NCBI RefSeq assembly: GCF_000315625.1
Contig: NW_005434615.1
Location: 68,852 to 132,851, forward strand
DNA: 64,000 nucleotides
From: Guillardia theta CCMP2712
Taxonomy: Eukaryota; Protista; Cryptophyta
Reading direction: 5' to 3'
Shown: piece after piece, positions 1-12,405 of the stretch
Position numbering within the stretch: position 1 is the stretch's first letter
How the letters are laid out: every line of letters starts with the position of its first letter
Position numbers and translations under genes: made by a program
The notes under the pieces: model-generated
Seen by the model: only the letters and a program-made list of their open reading frames with translations
Database searches by the model: none
What the model was told of the DNA's origin: nothing

Positions 1-1
1 T

Positions 2-390
2 CGTGTACCCGAGGAGGATCTTTATGGGGAGCAGACGCTGGAGCGCCTGATAGCAGCCGCGAACCTTGAGGAGGGCAGAAATGCCTTCATTGTGCGCCGC
101 AGCAACAGCGACAGCAGGAGTGCAGTGAGCCTGACCTTCCGAGAGGGAGTGGAGTTTTATCACCGCAAGGTAGGGAGTGAGTGGTTCCTCGTCTCGATGG
201 TGACTTGTCTTGTCAGATCAAGCGCGATGCAGACGATGGGGGCGCGGTTTGGAGGATGGAGTCTTTCGATGCGGAGGAAGACTTCTGGCAGGATGCCTCT
301 TTGGACAATTTATTGCAAAAATTGGAGAAGTTGGGCTACTACGGTCTTCGCAACGATCTGATTCAACTTGAGCTGAATTCGCAGAGATGA
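2..390 (+). CDS. 3' end of a gene encoding a C-terminal SH2-like domain (5' truncated by window edge); exons <2-169, 217-390
   Basis: Frame +2 is open from the window edge and joins frame +1 through a 47-nt GT-AG intron (170-216). The product ...GRNAFIVRRSNSDSRSAVSLTFREGVEFYHRK|IKRDADDGGAVW...QDASLDNLLQKL...* matches SH2 hallmarks: FLVRES-like FIVRRS, a YxLSV-like strand, HYKI-like HRKI and an SLxELV-like helix. Confidence 0.65.
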
Positions 391-535
391 CAGAAGATGG
401 TAATTGTGGTTTTAACAAGCCAACAGCACTTAGATGATCTCCTTTGAACCCACTCTAAATATGATTCAGCAGCACGGCTTGTGTGAACAAGTTTGAAGAG
501 GCGTGCAGGTTGTCAAACAGGCACCTCAGATGAAA

Positions 536-2335
536 TCAATAATCCGGGTGCCTTTCTATCAGCATTGCAACCCCCTGTCCTCCTGCAGCACAGGCAGCGA
601 CAACAGCAAGCTGCTTGTCTTCCTGCTTGAGGCGATCCGCTGCCCATGTTGTCAAACGGACTCCAGTAGCAGCAAAGGGATGCCCGACGGAGAGAGATCC
701 ACCCCGCGTGTTGAGGCGCTCAACAGGAAGCTCTCCAACCCTATCTGTTCCTAGCCACTGCTTGCACCAGGCATCTGAATTCAAAGCAGCCAAATTTGCA
801 AGGACTTGCCCGGCAAAGGCTTCGTGCAGCTCCCACACATCCACGTCTTCAATCTTCAACCCAGTCTTGCGCAAAAGTTTGGATATCGCGTATGCTGGTC
901 CTAGGAGCAACTGATCCTTTGGATCCTGAGAGACAAAGACGTAGTCCTTCATCCTCGCACGAGCACTTAGACCCAGTGCTTTGCACTTGTCTTCAGACAT
1001 CACAAGCGCAGCTGAGGCACCATCGGTGAGGAAGGAAGAGTTTGCTGCTGTCACAGTCCCATGAGGCTTGATAAAAGCAGGCTTGAGTTTGCTCAGCTGC
1101 TCATCCGTGGCAGGTCTAATACCGTTGTCCTGTTCAACCCAGTGATCCTTCACCGAACTCTTGACCGGAACGATCTCTTCTTTGAACAGCCCCTTTGCTT
1201 GCGCATCAAAAGCAAGTTGATGAGACCTCTGAGCAAATTTGTCCTGCTGCTCTCTGGAAATGCCAAAGGCAGAAGCAAGGCGATCAGCACTATGCCCCAT
1301 GACCTCTCCTGTGGAAAACTCTGCCACACCCGGAGCTTGCGGCGCGAGGTCAGAAAATTTCAGACCATTCAATAGGCCGAGCATCTGGCCCGTGGACTTC
1401 ATCTTGCTGCTCTTGATCAACCTCTTTCGAACGGGCCTGGAGAAACGAATGGGGACATCAGACATGATCTCAACTCCTCCCGCCAGGAAGGTATCCAGTT
1501 GCCCAGATCGAATCTTGTCGATGCCGGTCGCCATTGCAATATTGGATGAAATGCAGGCTAGAGTGACTGTGTGAGCAGGTGTGCTTAGAGGAATACCAGC
1601 TGCCATGGCCGATTCTCGTGCAACGTTGGAGGTCAAGACCTCTTGGATGACCGTGCCGCAGCACACATACTCGATCTCCTCAGGTGGTATGGCGGTTTTC
1701 CTCAGCAGACCCTTGATCGCCTCACGCTGGATTGCGTCGAATATCATTGATGATCAAGAAGTTGAATATCTCAGACGTCATACCTGCAAGTCGTACGCCA
1801 TGTAGTCTTCGTACTCTGTGCCGGACTGGCAGAAGGGTACACGGACGCCTCGAACGAACACTGCATCCTTGTTGTGCTGCAATCTTCGTCAGGAAAACGA
1901 CGAACAAGCTCATCGCAAATTCATTCATCCATGATCAACAAATCAAACACACACATTTCTAATAGTCGTGATCAGGTGATGGACCACAACATAAGCAGAA
2001 GGACACAAGGATTTCGTTCAGTTATGAATAAAGGATCAGCAACGAGATTGGAATTTTGAGAAGACAATAGAAGGCAAATATTATGAACAGGCAACGAGGA
2101 GCTGATTTGAAGATAGCTGAAGGAGTCTAGGATGGATTGAACAGGCCAGCGATAGATGGAGAAGAACGAGCGACGAGAAGCAGAACGAGTGGAGGGCAAG
2201 AGATTGGAGGGGAATGGAATGGTTGAGCGTGGAAGAAGAAAGGGAGGGAGGAAGAGACTAGAGCGAGGGTCCTACCTTCACTGAAGATGTGCTGAAGCTC
2301 CGGATTTTTGGACATCTCACCAGCCGCCGCAGCAT
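536..2335 (-). CDS. HADHB: Mitochondrial 3-ketoacyl-CoA thiolase, trifunctional enzyme beta-subunit type, ~447 aa; exons 2335-2276, 1876-1784, 1726-536
   Basis: Thiolase motifs ACISS (nucleophile Cys), HEAF (typical of TFE-beta), GHPFAATG and AACAAGGQG. Two phase-0 GT-AG introns (399 and 57 nt) add the conserved N-terminus VRGVRVPFCQSGTEYEDYMAYDL and an Arg/Ser-rich presequence MLRRLVRCPKIRSFSTSSVK. Confidence 0.93.
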
Positions 2336-2355
2336 GGCGAAATAACTGGATGAAC

Positions 2356-2495
2356 GGGGTGGGGTGAGTTTTGCAGAATAGTGGGTACTCAATGACGGGT
2401 GATATTTAGGTATTTCTTGTATGTACTATACGGGTGATATCCAATTTCTTTCTGTGATGGTGTGGGTAGGGGTAGAAACTATTTGGGGTGGGGTT
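2356..2495. promoter_or_regulatory. Cluster of GGGGTRGGG/GGGTR motifs just upstream of the thiolase start
   Basis: ggggtggggtg, gtgggtac, cgggtgatat (twice), gtgggtaggggtag and ggggtggggtt lie within 160 nt of the ATG. Similar clusters precede other genes in the window. Regulatory role is inferred from position only. Confidence 0.4.
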
Positions 2496-3157
2496 ACAGC
2501 ATGATACGTCCCACAGACGGTCGTATGAAAGTAACGGAAATACTATTTGTTGTAACGACTAACCGTTTATAACGGCATCGGAATGTCGGGCGTGCAATGC
2601 GAGCCTTTTGAAGTGAGTAAACTGTTTTAAAAAAACTAGGACTAAAAAAAGAAACCAAAAGAGTTCTTTTTGATAACCATTGGACCTAGATTCCCTCTCG
2701 TGCAAGAATCGTTGCGATCTCCGCTTCTCTAAGCTATTACACTTAAAGAATGACCGGTACTGTTCTCGTTCTGGACGGGTGTCCCATAAAGGTTACTTTG
2801 TACCTAAAACAATTTTGAGGTGAGATGGAATCTCGTGCAGCGAAAAAACATATGTTCGTAACATAAAACATTTTCTATAACTAGTTATTAAATTGCACAA
2901 AGGTTGTTGGGTGTGTGCAACTGGCCAGATACTCTGAGAGATAATGAACATTTTGTATCAAATTTGAAACTGTGCCATATCAATTTCAACAAGTATAAAA
3001 AGGCTTCTTGAAATATCTGTGGTAGTGAACATGAACTGTTCAAAATGTTCGAGTAAGTTTTAAATAAGCAGACAAAGTGCTTCAAACATTTTCCTTCTTT
3101 AAATATTTATCAGCAAAAAATCAATTAAAAAACAAATAATTTCACGTTGCTTCACTT

Positions 3158-3395
3158 GCTACCCTACCCTGCCATGAATTAGAGTGCGCATCTGCACCCT
3201 ACAATTCAACGTTACAACGTGGGGTATTCGATGCCTTTTTGGAAGACCCTACCCTACAGCTATGGCTGCTGCACCCCTTTCTTGCGATTACCCCTACCCA
3301 GCTTTTCCCCCACTATTACCCCCGCCTAGTAGCTTTACCCCTCTGGTTCGGACTACCCCTCCACCCCATCCGCCCTGGGATCTCAGACCCCACCC
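3158..3395. promoter_or_regulatory. Cluster of CTACCC/ACCCC motifs (reverse complement of GGGTAG/GGGGT) upstream of the GATA-like gene
   Basis: ctaccctaccc, accctaccctac, tacccctaccca, ttacccccgcc, actacccctccacccc and accccacccg, followed by a pyrimidine-rich presumed 5' UTR. Confidence 0.4.
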
Positions 3396-3627
3396 GTCTC
3401 CTCCTTATTGCCTTCGCCCTCCCGTTCCCTCCCTTCGTGCTGTTTCCTCTCCCCCTGTCATCCCTATCCGCATCCTCCGCCTCATCTCACCCCCGACTCA
3501 TCAATCTCATAGTTTCCTCCTCCCTTTCATCGCTCACTTCCAGAAGACGTTGATCTTGCTCAGCTCTGGGCAACTTGTTGCGTTCCCGTCGACTAGTCAC
3601 ATCTCAATTTCGTTGGGGATCCTTTAG

Positions 3628-3900
3628 GTAAGGTGAGAAAATTTGTAAGTTCAGGCTGGGAAATGGTTCAACATACATGTATGTATTCGAAACAGTCCTG
3701 CTAGACCTTGTTTGGACATTTTGCGTCTTGTTAATCTCTTGTTGTTGAGGATTTTGGTTTCTGCTGTTTGAGCTGTGCACAAAGCACTGTTGTATGAATA
3801 TGGGAGAGATATTAGTCATGGGATTTGTTGTAGGGATTCGCTTCATCTTGCCATTGATATTTCCTGATAGTTCCACTTCGTTCTAACTCCAGCTGATCAG
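3628..3900 (+). other. Probable 5' UTR intron of the GATA-like gene
   Basis: Strong donor AG|GTAAGG at 3628, and branch-like ctaac/ctgat followed by CAG ending at 3900, one base before the G-ATG at 3902. Confidence 0.45.
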
Positions 3901-3901
3901 G

Positions 3902-5156
3902 ATGGAGACTGTTCTGGACTTGGGGTTGGACACGAATCTGGAGGATATGGAGAATTGCGACATCTCATCATCCTCAACCTCACCCGCTGATCACAACATC
4001 GACTTGTTGGAGATCGAGATCGGCTATGAGGCCATGAACGACCTGTTGTGTGATGCCGGCAACTTCAGCATCCGCTGTGAAGCAGATTCAGAGCCAATCA
4101 TGGAGCAGAGGGAATCAGTTCAATACGAGAGTCATGATTCCAATAGGGCCGAGGCCACGAGAGAGTCGATCATGCCGTCAAGCATAGCGAAGGATCCCGT
4201 TGAGGTCTTCTCCCAGGACTTCGAGGACAGCACTGACGACATCGAGGATTCCCCAGACTTCGCTGCCTCCAGTTTCCCTTTCTCCAACTGCGCTCCAGAC
4301 TCCCACATAGATTCAGCTTCGTCCGTGCCAGAAGCTCATCCCACCAAGACTGAATCCTCGTGTTGCAGACCGTCACAAGCGGCTCTCAAGCTTAAGATCC
4401 GAGAAAACATCAAGAATGGAGTGAGCAAACTTCAGAAAGTCTGCGCGTACGAGTTTTGTCCTTCGCCGTTGCATTCCAACAAGTGGCGCCTGGTAACACC
4501 AGACACAACAGCTGGAGGGAGAGACTGGCAGCCTCTTCTCGGCATGACTCTGTGCGACTCTTGCTACTCGACATATAGGAAGCACGGGACTTTCATCAGG
4601 TCTGTGCGAACGGCAGAAGGCTGGGCGCGCTTCGATGAGAGGAGCAAGGAAAAGATTGTCGACTTGCAGAAGGTGAAACCGTCAGCCGGTCAGAAGCGTA
4701 GTAGATGTGCCCTGTCACAAACGTCAGCAGCAAAAGATCTTGTTGGCAAGTCACTGACTTCACGTTGCGCTCCAAGACCAAAAGCCGGAGGCGTCCTGGT
4801 GAGACGTTCTTTACCGCTTCCCACTTGTCGGTCGTCTGACAACCGTTCAGGTCGACCAAGAGATTTTCTCGATGGAAGGGAGGCCGAGCAGGTTCAGGAA
4901 GCCAAGCATCAAGCTTGTGGAAGCCATCGATGCCGGCAGCAAGTCAAAGCGGAGGCGAGCAAATGCGAACAGGGCGCAGAAGTCCGAGTGGCCATGGGGA
5001 GGCGTGTGCCCGGACACGGTGCAGGAGCTTGTAGGCGATGTGACGGCAGAGGGGGAGGGATTGGATGGATTTGACTGCCGAAGCGTCTTGCCGCGAGAAC
5101 TAAATGATTCCGTGTGGGGGATGGCAGAAACTTCACCAGACGACGATTTCTTTTAG
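3902..5156 (+). CDS. Putative transcription factor with a divergent GATA-like Cys4 zinc finger, ~400 aa; exons 3902-4798, 4851-5156
   Basis: Acidic/Ser-rich N-terminus, then CAYEFC-x31-CDSC containing the GATA-like KWR and TLCDSCYSTYRKHG segments, then basic patches (QKRSR, RPSRFRKPSIKL, KSKRRR). A 52-nt phase-0 intron (4799-4850) joins track ORFs 3902.. and 4872..5156. Confidence 0.7.
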
Positions 5157-5370
5157 GAGGAACAGACAAGTTTTAAGTAGAAATTATGATTATGATTATG
5201 AATTAAAGTATCCAGAAACAAACGGACTTTGCTATCTCGAGACCGCATGGTTCGTCCGCGGGAGGGTCCACTGGATCAGAGCCGCATGGAGTTGCTTCAG
5301 TAAAGGGTGAACGCGTGAGGTTTATCCCTTGTCGTCCACCTATCAATGATTTATTCATGTTTCCCCCTCC

Positions 5371-8300
5371 TTATACTTGGAGTTCTCTCTCGTCCTTCTT
5401 CTCCCTGCGGAACCATGTTCGAAAAGCTCTCAGACGAGCCTTGAGGCGGCTGCTCGAAGACGCTGCCTGCGTTGCTATCGCCATCATGTGCGTGTCTGGT
5501 CGCATGCCGCTCGTTGCCGCCTGCTCGAGCAGGTCCAACACTTCCTCGCGCCTGCCGACCTGGATCTGGAGAAAGCATGAGGAAGAAGCAGGAGGGAGGA
5601 GCAGGCTAAAAGCAGAAGATAGGAGCAGGAGGGAGGAGCAGGAGGGAGGAGCAGGAGGGAGGAGCAGGAGGGAGGAGGAGGCTTACCATCGCTCTCATCA
5701 TCACTGAGTATGTCTTGATGTTTTGACAATCCGCGGGGATCTTGGCGAACAAGGAGGCGGCAAGCGAGACGGCCTCCGAGGTCCCTTCCTGTTTGGCTGC
5801 CTTGATGATGGCCAGGAAAGTGACGCTATCAGGACGGACGTTGGCGGCGATCATCTCGTTCAAGACCTTGATCGCCTCAACGATGCCTCCTCCAGCTGTA
5901 CAAGGAGCTCTAGCAAACCCTTCAAGGAAAATGTTGTAGGCAACCGTGTCCGGCTCGACTCCAGCTCTCCTCATCTCCTGCATCACCCTGTAGCTCCTCT
6001 TCAGCGCCTTCTCTCCGTCGGCCGACCCAGCAGAGGTCGTGCAAATCTTGAGCAGAGCAGAGAAGCTGCGGCAGTTGGGCACGACACCATGGCTGCGCAT
6101 GAGCTCGAGCACCCGATTCGCGTCCAGCAGGCACAGGCGGAAGGCGTCTCCTCCTTCAACAGGCGCCAGCTCGGCTGCCAGCGCGATGGAGTCGAGGAGG
6201 GCGTTGCAGGTGACGACGTTGAGCTGGACGTCGGAGGAGAACATGTCCTGGAGGACGCCGATGCCTATGGAGATGTATTGACGAGCTTCCTTGAGGGCCT
6301 CGGGGGTGCCGGACTGCGGGAGGATGCCGAAGCTGCGGGGGTTGGCTGACCCCACCAGCATCTTCTCGAACTCTTGGTAGTCGATCCTACCGTTGGCGTC
6401 CATGTCGGCCCAACGGAAGAACCTGACGAGATCCTTCTCCGAGACCTCCGAGCGAGGGAGGGCCCAGGAGGAGCGGGAGGAAGGAGCTTTGGTAGGAGAC
6501 GACACGGCCTGCTTCTCCTGGAAGGGAGCTCTGCGGAGAAATGCGGACCTGAGCTCATCGACGCTGATCTCTCCGTCTCCATCTTCATCGATGCTGCGGA
6601 AGATGTTTTGAATCTTCCTGCGAAGGCGACGACCCCGCCCGTCTCCTTGCATGCACGTCAGGCTCTTAAAGATCACGTCCATGAAGATGGCGCATGACAC
6701 GCCGTCGGGCTCCACATTCGATCTCTTCATCAGCTCAATTACCCTCCAGGAGAGTCTCACCCAGTCGCCGTCCAGCCCTGCCGCAGCCGCCATGCAGTAC
6801 ATGTCGATGATGGAGTTGAAGGTGACGGAATCTGCCTGCACTCCATCCTTCTCCATGAGCTCCAGGATCACGCTGCCATGCTTGAGCAGGCTCAGGTCCC
6901 CCACCTTCACTCCGTTGGCTCCTGCTGCCACCAGCGATGTGTATGAGATCACGTTGGGCTTGAGACCCTTCCTCCTCATCATCTGGATCAGCTGCAGCCC
7001 CTTGGCGATGCAGTCGGCGGGTCTCTCGCCCGGCACGCAGGAAGCGACGGCCTTGGAGCAAGCGGCGATCAGCGAGTTGTACGACACCAGGTTGGGCGCG
7101 ATGCCTCGCAGCTCCATCGCTTGCATCAGCTCGACTCCCATGTCCACCATCGCCAGGCCTCGATGCTCCGCGGCTTTGCTGCACGCAGTCAGGAGGCAGT
7201 TGCATGTGATGATGTTGGGGTTCAGCCCCACCGCCTGCATGGCCTCGACCACATTCAGGGCTTGCGACAGCCCATCCTCCTCCTGCGTCGAAGACGACTT
7301 GATGCACGCGTCGAGGATCGTGGTGTAGGTGACCACGTCAGGGGACAACCCGTCTGCCCTCATCATGTCCAGCACGATGCTGCCCTGGTCGAAGACGCTG
7401 TCGGAGCTCCGGCTCAGCACGGGAGCTGTGCATGCTCGCATCAAGGCGTTGTAGGTCAGAACGTCAGGCTTCACTCCTGCCCTCCGCATGTCCTCCAGGA
7501 TCTCCAGCCCCCCTTGCATGCCACTGCTCCTTCCCGCCTGCGCCTCCTTGGCCATGGCGCACATGAGCGTATTCCAAGTGACCAGGTCTGGCGTGACCCT
7601 CTGCCGCAGCATTTCCCCTCGCACGAGCCCGCGGGCCGCCGCTAGCCTGCCGCTCTTGGCGTAGACGTTGAGCAGCGAGTTCCATGTAGTCGTGCTCCAC
7701 GTCAAAGAGACGTTCCTGTCACGAAACAAATCCTGCAAGCATGCACGTCACCTCAAGCGAGTAAGGGCGAGCAGGGGAGTTCACCTCAGCCACCACGACT
7801 GCTGCCTCGTATCCTGCTTCTGCTGCCTTGGCACAGAGAGAGAAGAAGTGGTTGTAAAAGTCCTCGTTGAGTTCAAGCCCATCCTCCCTCACCAGCTCCA
7901 ACACTTTGCATCCATTTCTCACAGCCGATTCCGACCAGTTCCCTGCCCTCTTCATCTTGGCTGAAGTCAAGCAGATCTTGACCATCTGGATGTAAGTCAA
8001 GATGGAGGGGTTCAGGTCATGCTCTCGCATCAGCACAAGGATCTCCATCCCCTTCTGCCATCCCCGCGACCATCCTCCTCTTCCTCCTCGAGCCCCCGTG
8101 GATCGAGCACACATCTCCATCATGCTCGTGAATGTGATGGTGTTGGGTGCGATACGCGCATCTCGCATCATGTCAAGAACGGAGTACGCGTTTGCAAACG
8201 CTTCTTCCTGAGACATCATGCTTGCACTCTTGGCGCAGACATTCATCATCGAGTTGAAGCTGATGAGATCGGGTTCAATGTTCTCCTCTACCATCCTGGT

Positions 8301-9040
8301 CATCAAGTTGATTGCATGCTCGAAAGCAGGTTGGCACCCCCTTCCTGCCGTTAGCGCCGCGAAATGAAGCATCATGTTGTATGCGACAACACCAGCACGG
8401 TCTGCGTCCTTGAGCAGCTGGAGAGCCTCGAGAGCGACCCGCCATGACTCATCACAATCGCTGGAGCAGATGTCGCTGCTTGCTCTAAGGAAGCCACGGA
8501 ACGAAGAGAGCAAGTCCTGAGTTGAGATAGTGCTAGACTTACACGCCGATTTGAATCGTTCAAGCTTCGACCTGATCTCTTGCTTTTCTCCCAACCCATT
8601 CGAGTTGCGGTTGCCTTTCCTCCCATCGCCGTCACCCTTGTTGTTCACCCTTTCGTTGTGTCCAAGGTCTAGCAGCGAAGTTTGAACGATGGAGGGCTCT
8701 CCCAGCTTGGCGATCTTTGATCGTTCATATTTGAGCTTCTGCTCAAGGCTCGTCACCACGCTGTCACGTCCCCTCGCGTCATCCTCACCTTGTTCACCAG
8801 CATCTTCTGCCTCTCGACAGCATCGCCAAGAGAGCACGTCCACGTGCGATGGAGGCACATTACCTGGCAGCATGGCGGTTAGAACAACAATAATCGGAAT
8901 GCGCAGAGTTGATTCACCCGGGCTCCTGACTTGACGACAAGAGGATGCTTTGACCCCACCTGAAAAGCACCCGCAGGTTTGCCATCCCAGATCACGAAGA
9001 AGATGAAGACAACAGGGATGATAGTCTTCATCCCCTTCAT
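5371..9040 (-). CDS. Pentatricopeptide-repeat (PPR) protein with an internal EF-hand pair and a bipartite plastid-targeting presequence, ~1130 aa; exons 9040-8918, 8863-8789, 8738-7785, 7732-5687, 5565-5371
   Basis: Many PPR motifs (PDLVTWNTLM, PDVLTYNALM, PDVVTYTTIL, PNLVSYNSLI, PDTVAYNIFL). Two canonical EF loops. N-terminal MKTIIPVVFIFFVIWDGKPAGA-F signal followed by a transit-like stretch. Four phase-0 GT-AG introns (54, 50, 52, 121 nt) join the track ORFs. The two 5' exons are less certain. Confidence 0.85.
5621..5672. repeat. 13-bp minisatellite (AGGAGCAGGAGGG)x4 inside the last PPR intron
   Basis: Four exact tandem copies, plus a degenerate copy at ~5587-5605. Confidence 0.9.
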
Positions 9041-9436
9041 ATCTGCTATCACAACATCGCTTCGTCCACCTGTTCCGAAAGTCAACACACTCCGGTGTTA
9101 CTATTTCTTTCTTTAGCTCCTCTCTGCCTGATGATGTTCAACTCAAATCTGGTTCATCCTTGCAACCAACCAGTTCTCCTCACATAGCCTCTGATGTTTC
9201 TTCTTCTTCCTCTTGAAAACGGATGTATTCCTCTTGAAAACTATCGCATATCGTCATCCTCTGTCTCTACCTCTCTCGCTCTATCCAGTATTGCCATCAC
9301 GTTTCTTGTAGATGTCTCATGTGTGCAACTGTGAACTCTTGACACAAGAAGTCTACTTCCGCATCTTACATCTTCTTTCTTGTCGCTCTCTTTCTCTCTA
9401 GGTATTCAATCCTCATCTTCTCTCCACTCTCTCCGT

Positions 9437-9477
9437 CTCCCCTCCCCTCCCTCCCCTCCCCTCCCCTCCCCTCCCTC
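9437..9477. repeat. (CCCCT)n microsatellite in the divergent PPR/Bud32 intergenic region
   Basis: About 8 near-perfect CCCCT units at the end of a long pyrimidine-rich tract. Confidence 0.85.
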
Positions 9478-9625
9478 AGAATCCTGACCTGGTGCCCAAC
9501 CATTTCCGTAGTCTTGCAACAATGCCACATGCACCCCCTCGAAATCCACTTAATTTACAGGTAAAACGAGGGGTGGGGTAATTCTGTTTGCCGCTTGTGG
9601 GGATGAGGGCCACGAGTTGGGGAAC

Positions 9626-10581
<956 letters not shown>

Positions 10582-10768
10582 TTGATAAATGCCTCTGACT
10601 CATCGAAAGTTACGATTTCACTTATTTCCTTATCTTACATGTAATTTCCGAACTGAATCCCCTTGAAACTTCCGATTGAAACCCATGAAACAAAAGCTCC
10701 CAAAGAGAAAGGAAAACAACAGACATGAAATTGAATATTTCAATCTCCGAGATGTAGAATTGATGAGA

Positions 10769-12405
10769 TCATGAACATTTTTGCGCCAGTGCGATTAGAG
10801 CATTTGCTGCTTCTTGGGCCAAATCCTCCTCAATGGCGTTCCTTTTTCTCTTCCTTTCGTTGACTCCGGTCACCTCGGCGTCATAAGCCCTGTCCCCCTC
10901 TGCACCAAGTGGGGCAGCTATTACTCTTTCGGTAGAGTTGCTTTCGCCATCAGTGACATACTCCTTCTCCCCACTTGGCTCTGGAGAAGGACACGAAAGG
11001 TCGAACGTGCAGTTTTTCTGCGCCAGGTCAAGAATCGCTCTGTCAGTGTTTGGTGATCTGTGAGCCAACGATCGCAAGTCAAAAATGTTTGGCGAAACCG
11101 TTTGCGGTTGGGGGAGGAAAGCAGGATTCAGAAAAGCAGGCATGCCAACTTGGCGCGGTGCCATCGATGCTAAGAACTTTCCGTCTTCGTCATTGTTCGC
11201 GTCATAGTTTTCCAAATGTCTCTGTAATCTGAAGATCAGTTTGTTGGTCAAGACATGCCACACAATCCTGGACCTGCATGTGATTCCTCTTTCCTGTGTC
11301 GAACGAGTCTCGTTCCATCCAGTGCATTGGGTTCTTGCAACCCATCGGAGCACTACCGCAGTCACAGCAGTACGAGCACCAAACCCATCTAATGAAACAG
11401 GAAAAAGAAAAAGCATCAGTTCTACATTGAACATCTTAAGCAATCAACCTTGATGAGAGATCTTCATACCCTGAACAAATATTATAGACACAGAGCATGT
11501 AGTCACACACAACAACACGGCACGAGGTCTTGCACATACGAACTGTCAACAAGAATATACATGCTCATCATACAGAGTGAGCCATCAAGACATGCCTACA
11601 CAGTCAAAGGGAAGGGAACGTACTGGTGTCCAGCTTCACAAATGACGGTCAGGTAGCCCCTCTTGTGATTGCGAGTCCTCAAAGCACACTTGCAAGGATT
11701 TCTGTTTTGCTTCCTGTCGACGTGTTTGCACTTTTCCAACACCTGAACACCGTGTGCAAGAAGGTTCACTCGGTCAATCCAAGGCACTCTTGGAGAGTAT
11801 GATTGAAGAGTTGGGGAAGCACGGAGCAGAGAACTGGGAGAACACACCATTCCAGACTGCAATACAGGAGCAGGACCAGGAATTCCAGCACATGCCGAGC
11901 CTGTTTGCAAAATCGGAGAAAAACGTGGCTCGGCGCAGAGAACAGAGTACACTGGTGAAGGACTCGCCAAACCGGGTGGGTTCACGCACACTGCGATCTT
12001 CTTGAAACCGTACATATCTTTAGTTCGCGGAAGAGGCCTGCTCTCTGCGCCTGTTTTGGAAGGAGCATTTAAGTGCCTTTGCATGTGATTTCTCTTCCCG
12101 GTATCAAATGAATCTCTTTCCATCCAGTGTGCAGGCATTATGCATCCGCGTGTCCCCAAGCCACAATCACAGCATTGTCGGCACCAAACCCATTGATGGC
12201 CAGCATCACAAGTGACTGCAAGATGACCCCTTTTGTGACAACGGATATGAAGCGGCTGCGCACACTGCATTCTATTCGACTTCCTGTCTACATGCTTGCA
12301 TTGATGAAGCACTACCACCGGCTCTTCTGCACCATCGACGCGGATGATCGTTGGACTTGGATGTGCATTCAAGTGAGGAAAGGCAGGTGGCATCAAGGCC
12401 GCCAT
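10769..12405 (-). CDS. Uncharacterised probable nuclear protein with two copies of an ~80-aa Cys/His-rich domain, ~449 aa; exons 12405-11624, 11388-11274, 11221-10769
   Basis: Introns 11623-11389 (phase 2) and 11273-11222 (phase 0) rebuild a second copy of the domain that aligns with the intron-free first copy. The C-terminus has an NLS-like RKRKR and EAANALIAL. An extra upstream exon is possible. Confidence 0.8.

Noticed and set aside
3158-3300. CCCTA-containing runs as interstitial telomeric repeats
   Set aside because: No tandem CCCTAA or CCCTAAA arrays; only scattered CTACCC motifs.
2356-3395. G-rich left end and C-rich right end around an AT-rich core, resembling a MITE with inverted termini
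   Set aside because: The ends share only short GGGGT/ACCCC motifs, not an alignable inverted repeat. The same motifs occur at other gene starts, so a divergent promoter is the simpler explanation.
3184-3627. Pro-rich 147-aa and 104-aa ORFs
   Set aside because: Low-complexity translations of the C-rich promoter and pyrimidine-rich 5' UTR.
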